A stretch of 63,786 bases of DNA, counting the filler. It is 5 parts of 5 records of this genome, joined end to end, with 100 filler letters (N's around TTAATTAATTAA, not from the genome) between each part and the next. Parts side by side here need not be neighbours in the genome. Positions count along the whole stretch, not along the records: positions 14,911 to 22,182 come from SRR20825010_4152; positions 22,283 to 46,198 come from SRR20825010_4160; 3 more parts are not named here. One strand, given 5' to 3'. Below are positions 21,858-30,274 of the stretch, piece by piece. How positions within the stretch are numbered: position 1 is the first letter of the stretch; each line of letters opens with the position of its first letter. The notes under the pieces are model-generated. The model was not told where the DNA came from and ran no database searches. It saw only the letters and a program-made list of their open reading frames with translations. The position numbers were made by a program, and so were the translations under genes.

Positions 21858-22034
21858 ATGCACCAGGGCCTGATGCGCCAGGCCCCTTAATCAAAAAGCC
21901 CCTAAAAAGTGGGGCCCTTTGTTGCAAGAACTCACAGGGGAAAAGCAATCTAAACACCCCCTGCTGACAGACACCTGGCCTGCCTGGAACCGGCAGGGCA
22001 AACTGTGCCCGGAGCCCGCTCCAATATCCGCCGG

Positions 22035-22063
22035 AGTATAGAGACGCCGGCCTTACTGGTCAA
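22035..22063 (-). promoter_or_regulatory. Sigma-70 promoter of the rimP-nusA-infB operon
   Basis: Minus strand TTGACC-17 nt-TATACT. Confidence 0.75.
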
Positions 22064-22072
22064 GGACTGACC

Positions 22073-22106
22073 AAAAAAAACGGCCTGGTAAATCCAAGCC
22101 GTTTTT
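22073..22106 (-). terminator. Rho-independent terminator after tRNA-Leu
   Basis: Minus strand CGGCTTGG-ATTTA-CCAGGCCG followed by T8. Confidence 0.8.
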
Positions 22107-22115
22107 CTTCTTATA

Positions 22116-22182
22116 TGGTGCCCAGGGCCGGACTCGAACCGGCACGGCTTTCGCCACTACCCCCTCAAGATAGCGTGTCTAC
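22116..22182 (-). tRNA. tRNA-Leu(GAG), 5' truncated
   Basis: Reverse complement GTAGACACG-CTATC-TTGAGGG-GGTAG, long variable arm, GGTTCGAGTCC, ends CACCA. Confidence 0.95.
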
Positions 22183-22282
22183 NNNNNNNNNNNNNNNNNN
22201 NNNNNNNNNNNNNNNNNNNNNNNNNNTTAATTAATTAANNNNNNNNNNNNNNNNNNNNNNNNNNNNNNNNNNNNNNNNNNNN
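22183..22282. other. Artificial contig-joining spacer
   Basis: N44-TTAATTAATTAA-N44; abrupt drop in GC across it. Confidence 0.98.
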
Positions 22283-22284
22283 CC

Positions 22285-22743
22285 GCAGGAGGTATGGCCA
22301 ATATGATGTTCGAAAAAAGCTTGGTCAACGATGTGATCCCTTATATAGAATCACACTATAAAGTAAAGCCCAACAAAGAGAACCGTGCTTTGACGGGATT
22401 GAGTATGGGCGGATTACAGACCATGAACACCACTTTTGAAAACCCTGAGCTGTTCGATTACATTGGTGTCATGAGCATGGGCTTTGCTGATTTGAGTCGT
22501 TTTGGAATCGAGGTCGATCATTCTAAAAGAGGAGAACAGATTGAAGCTTTAAAAGCTGCTGACCCTGAGCTGTATTGGATTGCATGTGGTACGGATGATT
22601 TCTTGTACCAAAGTGTCGTGGATATGCGAAATGAGCTGGACAAACACGATTTTGACTACACCTATCGTGAAAGTACCGGCGGACATACATGGTCCAACTG
22701 GAGAATCTACCTATCGGAATTCGCACCGATGTTGTTTAAATAA
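22285..22743 (+). CDS. Alpha/beta-hydrolase esterase (CE1-like), 5' truncated
   Basis: RALTGLSMGG nucleophile elbow, CGTDDFL, GGHTWSNWR. Confidence 0.88.
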   Translation, partial: AGGMANMMFEKSLVNDVIPYIESHYKVKPNKENRALTGLSMGGLQTMNTTFENPELFDYIGVMSMGFADLSRFGIEVDHSKRGEQIEALKAADPELYWIACGTDDFLYQSVVDMRNELDKHDFDYTYRESTGGHTWSNWRIYLSEFAPMLFK

Positions 22744-22779
22744 ATCGATTCACACCGAAAAGAATCTTTAAAAATTTAG

Positions 22780-22814
22780 AACCCTTCCAAGTCATAGAAT
22801 TGGAAGGGTTTTTT
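22780..22814 (+). terminator. Rho-independent terminator
   Basis: AACCCTTCCAA...TTGGAAGGGTTTTTT. Confidence 0.8.
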
Positions 22815-22866
22815 CGTATGCGGCAATACAAAAGGGGATTACATCCGTAATTGCGTAAATCACATG

Positions 22867-24048
22867 TTACTCTAGATTTAATGATTTGCTTAAAACACTG
22901 GAAACCTTTTTTTCATTATAACCTGCCTCGTTATAAATTACTCCCCCCTTTTTGTCAATAATTACAATCGTCGGTCCTGCCTGAACATTTAAAGATTTAG
23001 CTAACGGACCACCCATGTACAAACTTGGATAAAGCATATTGATTTTTGTTTTATAAGTTTTAAGTGAGTGGAGAGATGCTTCTTGCTCTCTGAACTCGAC
23101 GCCGAATATCTTTAATCCTTTATTCCCATACTTCATATGGAACATATTGATGGATGGAACGGCCTTGATACATGGCCCGCAATTCCTAAACCAAAACTCT
23201 AACATAACGACCTGGCCCTTAAAGCCAAAGGGCTTAATCAGATCATCACTGGCCATATCCGGTAGTTCAAGGTTTTTTACTGCGGCTGTATTGGCAGAAT
23301 TCTCATTATCGCCTTTGTCATTGTCGGGAGTTTGGAAAAACTCCTCTAATGAAACGCGTTTGTAATCAGGTAGTTCATTGCCTTCCCAGAACTCCTTTGA
23401 CTTTACATAATCAAATCTATAATTATAAAACGTCCGGGCAATATGGCCTGTGCTTCCATTTTCCATTTTCATTCGTTTGGGCAACAGATTGTCCTTATAT
23501 ATGTGTAAAACATAATTGCTGTCCTCATAACCCTCCTTCTGTGTTATTTTTCGCCTTTCCCAATCAAACCAACCATTGTGTATGGTTATTTTAAATTCAT
23601 AATCATCGTTTGAAACCTTGTTTTCAATGAGCTCCACGGTAGTGGAATAGTTTGTCAACACCTCTGCCAAAAAGTTCCTTATAGGTACAAACGTTAATAA
23701 AAGCGGATTGTTGACAAGGGGTTTTTCGTTGACCATAACAAGCTTTTTCTTTTTAGAGCTTAGTAGCTGTCTTTTGCCATCGTACAATAATTTATCCTCA
23801 TCATTTCCCAAATAATACCTTGGTGTTTTTAAAAGAGACCCTGATTTCAAATCAAAATAAATAAAATCCTCATGTGTGAGGTAGGTTACATTGCTCTCTT
23901 CCGCTTCCTTTTGTGAATCATAGGCAACGCTCTGGAGCTCCATCATTCGCTCAAGGCTTTTTTCCAAAATTTTGGTATCCTGTTCAGGGCTTTGTGAAAA
24001 GGAAAAGTGATGGGACAGGATGCAGAAGAATACAATCTTTAATTTCAT
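22867..24048 (-). CDS. Secreted TlpA/ResA-like thiol-disulfide oxidoreductase with a large N-terminal domain
   Basis: Signal-peptide-like start MKLKIVFF; FKGQVVMLEFWFRNCGPC, PTIVIIDKKG; visibly AT-rich. Confidence 0.82.
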   Translation of the reverse strand: MKLKIVFFCILSHHFSFSQSPEQDTKILEKSLERMMELQSVAYDSQKEAEESNVTYLTHEDFIYFDLKSGSLLKTPRYYLGNDEDKLLYDGKRQLLSSKKKKLVMVNEKPLVNNPLLLTFVPIRNFLAEVLTNYSTTVELIENKVSNDDYEFKITIHNGWFDWERRKITQKEGYEDSNYVLHIYKDNLLPKRMKMENGSTGHIARTFYNYRFDYVKSKEFWEGNELPDYKRVSLEEFFQTPDNDKGDNENSANTAAVKNLELPDMASDDLIKPFGFKGQVVMLEFWFRNCGPCIKAVPSINMFHMKYGNKGLKIFGVEFREQEASLHSLKTYKTKINMLYPSLYMGGPLAKSLNVQAGPTIVIIDKKGGVIYNEAGYNEKKVSSVLSKSLNLE

Positions 24049-24266
24049 AGGAACAAATTTTCCATCCTTTTGGAGGAGGATGGTTTTTATAATCATCAAG
24101 TAGGGGGAATTTGTAGCTGAACGGTTCTTAAGTTAGCAATAAGGATTTGATTGCGAGTGGTTTTGGGAATAAATTAGGAAATAATAGGAGTCAGATTGTA
24201 CTAACTTTTTTATACCTGGGCCATATGCTTTCAAGAATTCACTAATTTGGCACAAAGGAGGAAAAT

Positions 24267-25358
24267 ATGCTCACTGCCGAACAAAAACTAAAGGAACGTA
24301 TCAAGGAACTTACCTGTTTGTACGAGGTAACTTCCCTCATTGTTAATTGTGATTACGATGATATGGAAACCGCATTGCTCGGAATTGTACAGTGTTTGCA
24401 GCGTGCTTGGCAGTTTAATGAGGATACTTATGTGCTCTTATCCAACTCTGATTATTTTATAAAGACGGAGGAGAAAGGAGAAGACTACGTGTTTTTGGAG
24501 TCGTTCATCACCGTGTTCAATAAACCGAGGGGTGAAATCAAAGTGGGGTATCCCTCCCCCAAGTACCAACTCAAGGATTTTTTGGAGGAAGAACAGCAAC
24601 TGTTGGACAATGTGTGCCTAAAAGTGGGCAATCTGTTGGAGCGGAAGGAAATCAAGGAAAAGGAAGAGCATATACGCCGACAAGTGGAACAATCCGATCG
24701 GCTGCGGATCCTGGGAGAGATTACAGCCGGAATCGCCCATGAGCTCAATACGCCACTTGCCAATATTCTTGGTTTCACCGAGTTGTTGAAGGAGCGCGTC
24801 AGCAATGACCCACAAGCGTCCAAAGATTTGGACAAGATCATCACCAACACCATATTTTCTCGCGAAGTGGTCAAAAAGCTGATGTTCTTTGCCTGCGAAA
24901 TGCCCGAAACACGGGAAGTCATCAATGTGGTAGAGGTAATAGAGGAAGCCATCAACATGCTACGGACCACGTTGCGCCAAAATGAGGTTGCTTGCGAATT
25001 TCAACATTCCCAGGACACCATCGAACTTCGTATCGATAAAATCCAGCTGACCCAAGTGGTCTTCAATCTTATTGTGAACGCCATCTATTTTGCGCCGCCT
25101 AAAAGTACCATTTCAGTCGCTCTGGCGATTGAAAAAGACAATGTCATTTTAAAAATTGCCGACCAAGGCCCTGGCATACCGGAAGTATCCAAAGCACATA
25201 TTTTTGACCCCTTTTTTACTACCAAACCCGTGGGCGAGGGATCGGGATTGGGACTTAGTGTAGTGCACGGCATTGTACAGAGTCACCAAGGGAGTATCGC
25301 GGTTAGGCCAAATACCCCAACAGGAACTATCTTTACATTAAAATTCCCAAAAAAGTAA
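24267..25358 (+). CDS. Cytoplasmic sensor histidine kinase
   Basis: AGIAHELNTPL H-box, NLIVNA, DQGPGI, FDPFFTTK, GSGLGL; no TM segment. Confidence 0.93.
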   Translation: MLTAEQKLKERIKELTCLYEVTSLIVNCDYDDMETALLGIVQCLQRAWQFNEDTYVLLSNSDYFIKTEEKGEDYVFLESFITVFNKPRGEIKVGYPSPKYQLKDFLEEEQQLLDNVCLKVGNLLERKEIKEKEEHIRRQVEQSDRLRILGEITAGIAHELNTPLANILGFTELLKERVSNDPQASKDLDKIITNTIFSREVVKKLMFFACEMPETREVINVVEVIEEAINMLRTTLRQNEVACEFQHSQDTIELRIDKIQLTQVVFNLIVNAIYFAPPKSTISVALAIEKDNVILKIADQGPGIPEVSKAHIFDPFFTTKPVGEGSGLGLSVVHGIVQSHQGSIAVRPNTPTGTIFTLKFPKK

Positions 25359-25363
25359 GCGCC

Positions 25364-26689
25364 TTGTTGAAAAAGGAGAACATATTGCTGGTTGATGACG
25401 ACATCGATATTTTGGAGCTGCTACAACGGCATTTAAAATCGATGGACTATCACACGTACAAGGCCATTTCGGTAAAGGAGGCATTATACATTTTAAAGGA
25501 TACTGAAATAGACCTGTTGGTGACCGATATTAATATGCCTGATATTGATGGGCTGCAATTGGTGAAATATGTGGCCGAACATTTTCCAAATATGCCGAAG
25601 TTGGTGGTGACCGGTTTTCCTTCCGTTGAAGATGCCTCCAGCGTAATCGAACATGGTGCGACCGATTATTTGACCAAACCTTTTACAAAGGCCGAACTCG
25701 AAATGGCCGTAAAAAAAGCCTTGGCGCATAAGGAAGCAAAGGAAACCTTTAAAACACCAACGGTAAACCCCATCCCTAGCAATGGATATGCCGATATGAT
25801 CGGGACTTCCGAAGCGTTCCAAAAAGTTACCGAGATCATAGATCGGGTAAGGGACAACCACGCCACGGTTTTGGTACGTGGAGAAAGCGGCACGGGAAAA
25901 GAACTAGTGGCACGGGCCATCCATTATTCGGGCAAATTCGCACGGGCACCTTTTATAGCTGTGAACTGTGGGGCCATACCCGAGAATTTGTTGGAAGCCG
26001 AACTTTTCGGATACACCAAAGGTGCTTTTACGGGCGCGAACGAAAACCGTAATGGATTTTTCCAGGCGGCGCACAAGGGCACTATTTTTTTGGATGAAAT
26101 TGGAAATGCCAGCCTACCGGTTCAAAATCGATTATTGAGGGTGCTTCAAGAAAAGGAGGTGACCAAGATCGGTTCGCAAAAACCTGAAAAATTGGATGTT
26201 CGGGTCATTGCTGCAACCAATAGCGATTTGAATGAGCTTATTCAAAAGAAAACCTTTCGCGAAGACCTGTTCTACCGTCTTTCCGTTGTCACTGTGGAGG
26301 TGCCACCACTGAGGGAACGTACTTCGGACATTGCCTTGTTGGTCGATAAATTTATGGAGAAATATGGCATTGAGTACAAGGACCGATTTGTCCGTATAGA
26401 CGATGGTGCCCTTGAAGTCCTAAAGAGATATTCATGGCCTGGCAATATCCGGGAACTTGAGAATGTGGTGCAGCGCGCCGTGATTATGTGCGATGGCAAA
26501 ATCACGTTGGAACACCTTCCCAATGAATTAAAGTATAAAATCGACTTTCCGGAGAAAGGATACATAACGCTTCAGGAAAAAGAAAGGGAATATATTCAGG
26601 AAGTTCTTCTATCCGTTCAAGGCAACAAGACCAAGGCCGCCGAAATTTTAGGGATCAACCGAAAAACACTTCGCGAAAAACTCAAATAA
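25364..26689 (+). CDS. Sigma-54-dependent response regulator (NtrC family)
   Basis: REC domain, GESGTGKE, GAFTGA, WPGNIREL, Fis-type HTH. Confidence 0.95.
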   Translation: MLKKENILLVDDDIDILELLQRHLKSMDYHTYKAISVKEALYILKDTEIDLLVTDINMPDIDGLQLVKYVAEHFPNMPKLVVTGFPSVEDASSVIEHGATDYLTKPFTKAELEMAVKKALAHKEAKETFKTPTVNPIPSNGYADMIGTSEAFQKVTEIIDRVRDNHATVLVRGESGTGKELVARAIHYSGKFARAPFIAVNCGAIPENLLEAELFGYTKGAFTGANENRNGFFQAAHKGTIFLDEIGNASLPVQNRLLRVLQEKEVTKIGSQKPEKLDVRVIAATNSDLNELIQKKTFREDLFYRLSVVTVEVPPLRERTSDIALLVDKFMEKYGIEYKDRFVRIDDGALEVLKRYSWPGNIRELENVVQRAVIMCDGKITLEHLPNELKYKIDFPEKGYITLQEKEREYIQEVLLSVQGNKTKAAEILGINRKTLREKLK

Positions 26690-26694
26690 CCGAT

Positions 26695-26728
26695 GGGGCA
26701 TTCTGCCCCGGCCGGGTAAAAATTACCC
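26695..26728. promoter_or_regulatory. Tandem palindromes, probable enhancer (UAS) sites
   Basis: GGGGCA-TTC-TGCCCC (26695-26709) and GGGTAA-AAA-TTACCC (26714-26728), about 100 bp upstream of a sigma-54 promoter. Confidence 0.65.
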
Positions 26729-26819
26729 GCCACCGACTTCTTTTGTTTAATATGATTTTATTAATAATAAATTGATTATCAATTAATTATTAATAAAATC
26801 CACTCATAACATATCCAAA

Positions 26820-26834
26820 TGGCACAGGCTTTGC
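26820..26834 (+). promoter_or_regulatory. Sigma-54 (-24/-12) promoter
   Basis: TGGCAC-AGGCT-TTGC, exact consensus. Confidence 0.85.
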
Positions 26835-26890
26835 CCTTTACTGTGCAAAATGCTGGGATGCTATTTTTTTGGTATCCCGTCCGTTAAGAA

Positions 26891-27313
26891 ATGAAAATGA
26901 AATACGGAAGCCTGATCATGGAGAAAAAGGATTATCTAACGCTTAAAAGAATACTGAACTTCCATAGGTATTATGAGGATTATGCCCATAAGGATGCCTT
27001 GGAACAGTTGGGCGAGAGAATAGACGGGGCTTTGGTAGAGGATGAGTCGGACATGCCGGACGATGTGGTTCGTTTGAACTCAAAGGTCACGGTGGAATTT
27101 GCACCAGGGGCCCAACAAACGTTTCAGTTGGTTCCCTCTACACGGGGAGACCTTAAGAAAGGCAAGGTCTCCGTGGTGAGCACTTTTGGGGCGAGCTTGG
27201 TAGGACTTGCGGTGGGGGATCAAATACAGTTTGGTTTTCCCACAGATGTACAATCCTTCAAGATAGTCGGTGTAGAACAGTCACACCAATTATTGTCCAG
27301 TTTTGACTTTTAA
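26891..27313 (+). CDS. GreA/GreB C-terminal domain protein (Rnk-like)
   Basis: MPDDVVRLNSKV, GKVSVVSTFGASLVGLAVGD. Confidence 0.82.
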   Translation: MKMKYGSLIMEKKDYLTLKRILNFHRYYEDYAHKDALEQLGERIDGALVEDESDMPDDVVRLNSKVTVEFAPGAQQTFQLVPSTRGDLKKGKVSVVSTFGASLVGLAVGDQIQFGFPTDVQSFKIVGVEQSHQLLSSFDF

Positions 27314-27347
27314 GAAAACAATTATAAACCCTAAATATTAAATAGTT

Positions 27348-27707
27348 ATGAGAATTATAGTTTTAGCAATTCTGTTCGTGGTAGCGACCACAAATATCAA
27401 TGCACAAAGTGCAAACCCACAAGAGATCAAGGTTGGTGATGTCCTGGAAATTGGTCGTCCAGATGCACCTCAATTTCAACATATTGATTTTCCAAGGGCA
27501 AACTTCATCATTAAAAAAGGAGGGATCGCCAACTATAAAAGAGTAGTGGGGAACAAAGTGGTAGTGACCGACATCAAAGAGAAAAAAGATGGAACCGTTG
27601 TTGTAAAGATCAAAAAAACGGATGGAAAAAGGTTTTTTAACAGTCACCCAGTGGTTAAAGCAGATTTAAAGGATGCTCTCGAGTCCGGTGAGCTCAATGT
27701 ACTGTAG
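27348..27707 (+). CDS. Secreted hypothetical protein
   Basis: Signal peptide; HIDFPRANFIIKKGGIANYK; follows the Rnk-like gene. Confidence 0.75.
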   Translation: MRIIVLAILFVVATTNINAQSANPQEIKVGDVLEIGRPDAPQFQHIDFPRANFIIKKGGIANYKRVVGNKVVVTDIKEKKDGTVVVKIKKTDGKRFFNSHPVVKADLKDALESGELNVL

Positions 27708-27722
27708 TAGTTGATTGATGAT

Positions 27723-27784
27723 ATCCGCCCGGCTCAAGCATTAGGTTTGCTCAATTAGAATGGTTAGCTAATGGCTGGGCGGAT
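27723..27784 (+). other. 3'-UTR stem with a large loop (terminator or sRNA candidate)
   Basis: ATCCGCCCGGC pairs with GCTGGGCGGAT around a 40-nt loop. Confidence 0.5.
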
Positions 27785-27853
27785 TTGCGTCACTGTAAAA
27801 AATTTAATATCATTTATTTATATTTAATCCAATTCATGTAAAAACAAGAAAAG

Positions 27854-28471
27854 ATGCCAAAAAGAACCTTAAGACAACGAATTCATGCCGGTTTTGTGCT
27901 GGCTGCGGCATTTTTATTGGTTCTTGCGTCCAATCGGTTGAACAACCGGAACTTTTCGGCCGTGGAACATGGAGTGGATTCCGTTTTTGAAGACCGATTG
28001 GTAGTTCAGGAATATATTTACAGGCTGAACAATTTGTTCCATAAAAAGGAATTGTTTTTGGCCAACAATACGTTGGACGACAAGGGCCTGCCCTATTACC
28101 CTGAAATAAAAACCATTCTTGCCGATTTTGAAAAGACAGATTTGACCCGTGAGGAAGCGTTGCAATTATCAAGTTTAAACGAAAATTACGCGGAACTCAA
28201 AACCTTGGAAAAGGCACATTTGAAGAACCAGGCTTCTGAAGAGGACATCATTGCTGTTTTGGGCAGTATCGGTAAAAATCTAGATGAACTTTCTGAGGTG
28301 CAACTTTCCGAAGGGAGACAATTGACACAGCGCTCCAAGAGGTCATTGGGAATGAACGAGCTATTGTCCCGAATTGAAATTGTGTTCCTCATCATTATCG
28401 GGATATTGTTTCTTGTCATCGTTTTTTATCGTGACAAACCCAATATGGAATTGGTGGAAGACGAGGCTTAA
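27854..28471 (+). CDS. Stand-alone four-helix-bundle (4HB_MCP-like) sensor membrane protein
   Basis: TM, SVFEDRLVVQEYIY helical periplasmic region, TM, then only a short acidic tail. Confidence 0.7.
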   Translation: MPKRTLRQRIHAGFVLAAAFLLVLASNRLNNRNFSAVEHGVDSVFEDRLVVQEYIYRLNNLFHKKELFLANNTLDDKGLPYYPEIKTILADFEKTDLTREEALQLSSLNENYAELKTLEKAHLKNQASEEDIIAVLGSIGKNLDELSEVQLSEGRQLTQRSKRSLGMNELLSRIEIVFLIIIGILFLVIVFYRDKPNMELVEDEA

Positions 28472-28911
28472 TCTACCTCCAATATCTCCTGTTCTGTACC
28501 ATTAAAGGTAAATCGCTCCCCTTTTTCTTTTCCCAACAACAATTTGGCAATAGGGGCATTTGTGGAGATACAGTACACAACCGTATTATTTTGATTGAAA
28601 GCCCCAGCGGAAATGGCTAAAAAATAATGTGCCATACTGGTTTGTACCAAGGAGCCCAGCCGTATTTTCTCGGAAATGCCGTCAATATTGATTTTACGGA
28701 GAATGCCGCGCGTGGTATCAACTTCCTGTAATTGTTGCCCAAGCTTTTCCTGTTCCAACTGTACCATGGCCCTACCCGTCTCATGTTTGTCCCCTGCTGA
28801 ACTTTTGGTTTCGGAGCCTAAGGATTCCTGTAGCTCCTCACTCTGTTTTTTAAGGCGTTCCGAGCGTTCGTTCACATAGTTCCAACAAAATTCCAATAGT
28901 GCTTTTTTCAT
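28468..28911 (-). CDS. GreA/GreB-like protein
   Basis: Coiled coil with ETKSSAGDKHETGRAM; IRLGSLV, ISTNAPIAKLLLGK; alternative start 28926. Confidence 0.75.
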   Translation of the reverse strand: MKKALLEFCWNYVNERSERLKKQSEELQESLGSETKSSAGDKHETGRAMVQLEQEKLGQQLQEVDTTRGILRKINIDGISEKIRLGSLVQTSMAHYFLAISAGAFNQNNTVVYCISTNAPIAKLLLGKEKGERFTFNGTEQEILEVD

Positions 28912-28918
28912 AATTTGG

Positions 28919-30271
28919 TTATGCAAAGGTAAGTCGGAAAACAGTTTCCGAATCGGGAACCGAACGTACTTGGATGCTCCCCCCGTGAAGTTGCATCACT
29001 CTTTTGGAAAGGCTTAGCCCAATTCCCGTCCCTTCACTTTTTGTGGTAAAAAACGGGACAAATATCTCGTCCATCACCTCAGGAGGAATACCGGGTCCAT
29101 TATCACGAATGTCTATGAATTTGGAGCCGTTTTCATCAATTCCGGCAATCATTTGTACTTTTCCTGCGTTTGTGGACTCTACCGCTTGCAAAGCATTTTT
29201 TCCCAAATTGATCAGTACCTGGGAGATTTGTTTCTCATCAATGTAAAATTCCAAATCCTCTGGATGGCAAACGGTGGCGAACTCACTTTCCCCATCCACC
29301 AACCTGGCCGACATCAGTACGTCGATTTTTTCCAGAAGGTCCTTTCCCTTGACCAATGACTTGTTGGGTTCCGGTACGTGCAGTAGGCTTCTGTACGATT
29401 GTACAAAGTCCATCAGGTCGCCTCCTTGCTCCTTGATTACTTCCAGGCCCTTTAAGGTATTTTTAATTTGAACCTCCTCCAGCTCCTTCATTGGAGTGAT
29501 TTTGTCCCCTTTCCTATAATATTTTATAATGGAATCCGATATAGAGGCAATCGGGGTAATGGTGTTCATAATCTCGTGGGTCAGCACGCGAATAAGCCTT
29601 ACCCAAGACTCGGTTTCTTTTTCGTCAAGCTCTTTATGGATATCTTGTACCACTACCAATTGCAAGGACTGACCGTTCAACATCAACGGAGTGGACTTGA
29701 GCGCCAATTGAATTTGTTCCCGTTCATTGGACAATTGGAAGAGCTTGCGTTCAAAAGGATTGAAGTTTTTAAATATCTGGTAGAGGTTTTCATCAACCTG
29801 CTTTAATTGTTTAATATGGTTCAAAGGAGTGTAATCCAACAACTTTTCCAAGGTAGGGTTGGCAAACAGGATGTGGCCTTTCTCATTATAGGTCATGATG
29901 CCAATGCTCGCCTGCTTTAAGATTTCTTGATAGTACTGTTCCCGTATCTGGAGTTGCATATGTACCTGTTGGATAAGGCCATTTACACGGTTTAAACTTT
30001 TGTTCAGCTCTTTGAAAGACTCAATGGTAACACCTTCGGGAAACCGAAGGGTGAAATCCTCGTTTTTAATGGCATCAAAAAAATAGGCGATTTTGCGGTT
30101 GGTACGGTTGATGAAGGTAATCAATGTAAATACCTGTACCACCAAAATAAGGACAAAGAGTGCCATGGCAAAATACCATTTATAGGACATGGAGAAAGCC
30201 ACTCCTATGGCGGACAGCGTCAAAAAAATGACCCGAAGAATAAGTTGTATATAAAAATTTCTACTGGCCAT
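28919..30271 (-). CDS. Membrane sensor histidine kinase (PAS)
   Basis: Two adjacent TM helices, LTHEIMNTITPI, DNGPGI, FVPFFTTK, GTGIGL. Confidence 0.93.
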   Translation of the reverse strand: MASRNFYIQLILRVIFLTLSAIGVAFSMSYKWYFAMALFVLILVVQVFTLITFINRTNRKIAYFFDAIKNEDFTLRFPEGVTIESFKELNKSLNRVNGLIQQVHMQLQIREQYYQEILKQASIGIMTYNEKGHILFANPTLEKLLDYTPLNHIKQLKQVDENLYQIFKNFNPFERKLFQLSNEREQIQLALKSTPLMLNGQSLQLVVVQDIHKELDEKETESWVRLIRVLTHEIMNTITPIASISDSIIKYYRKGDKITPMKELEEVQIKNTLKGLEVIKEQGGDLMDFVQSYRSLLHVPEPNKSLVKGKDLLEKIDVLMSARLVDGESEFATVCHPEDLEFYIDEKQISQVLINLGKNALQAVESTNAGKVQMIAGIDENGSKFIDIRDNGPGIPPEVMDEIFVPFFTTKSEGTGIGLSLSKRVMQLHGGSIQVRSVPDSETVFRLTFA

Positions 30272-30274
30272 AGA

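Noticed and set aside
24248-24262. TGGCAC before the first histidine kinase
   Set aside because: No -12 TTGC element, and too close to the ATG
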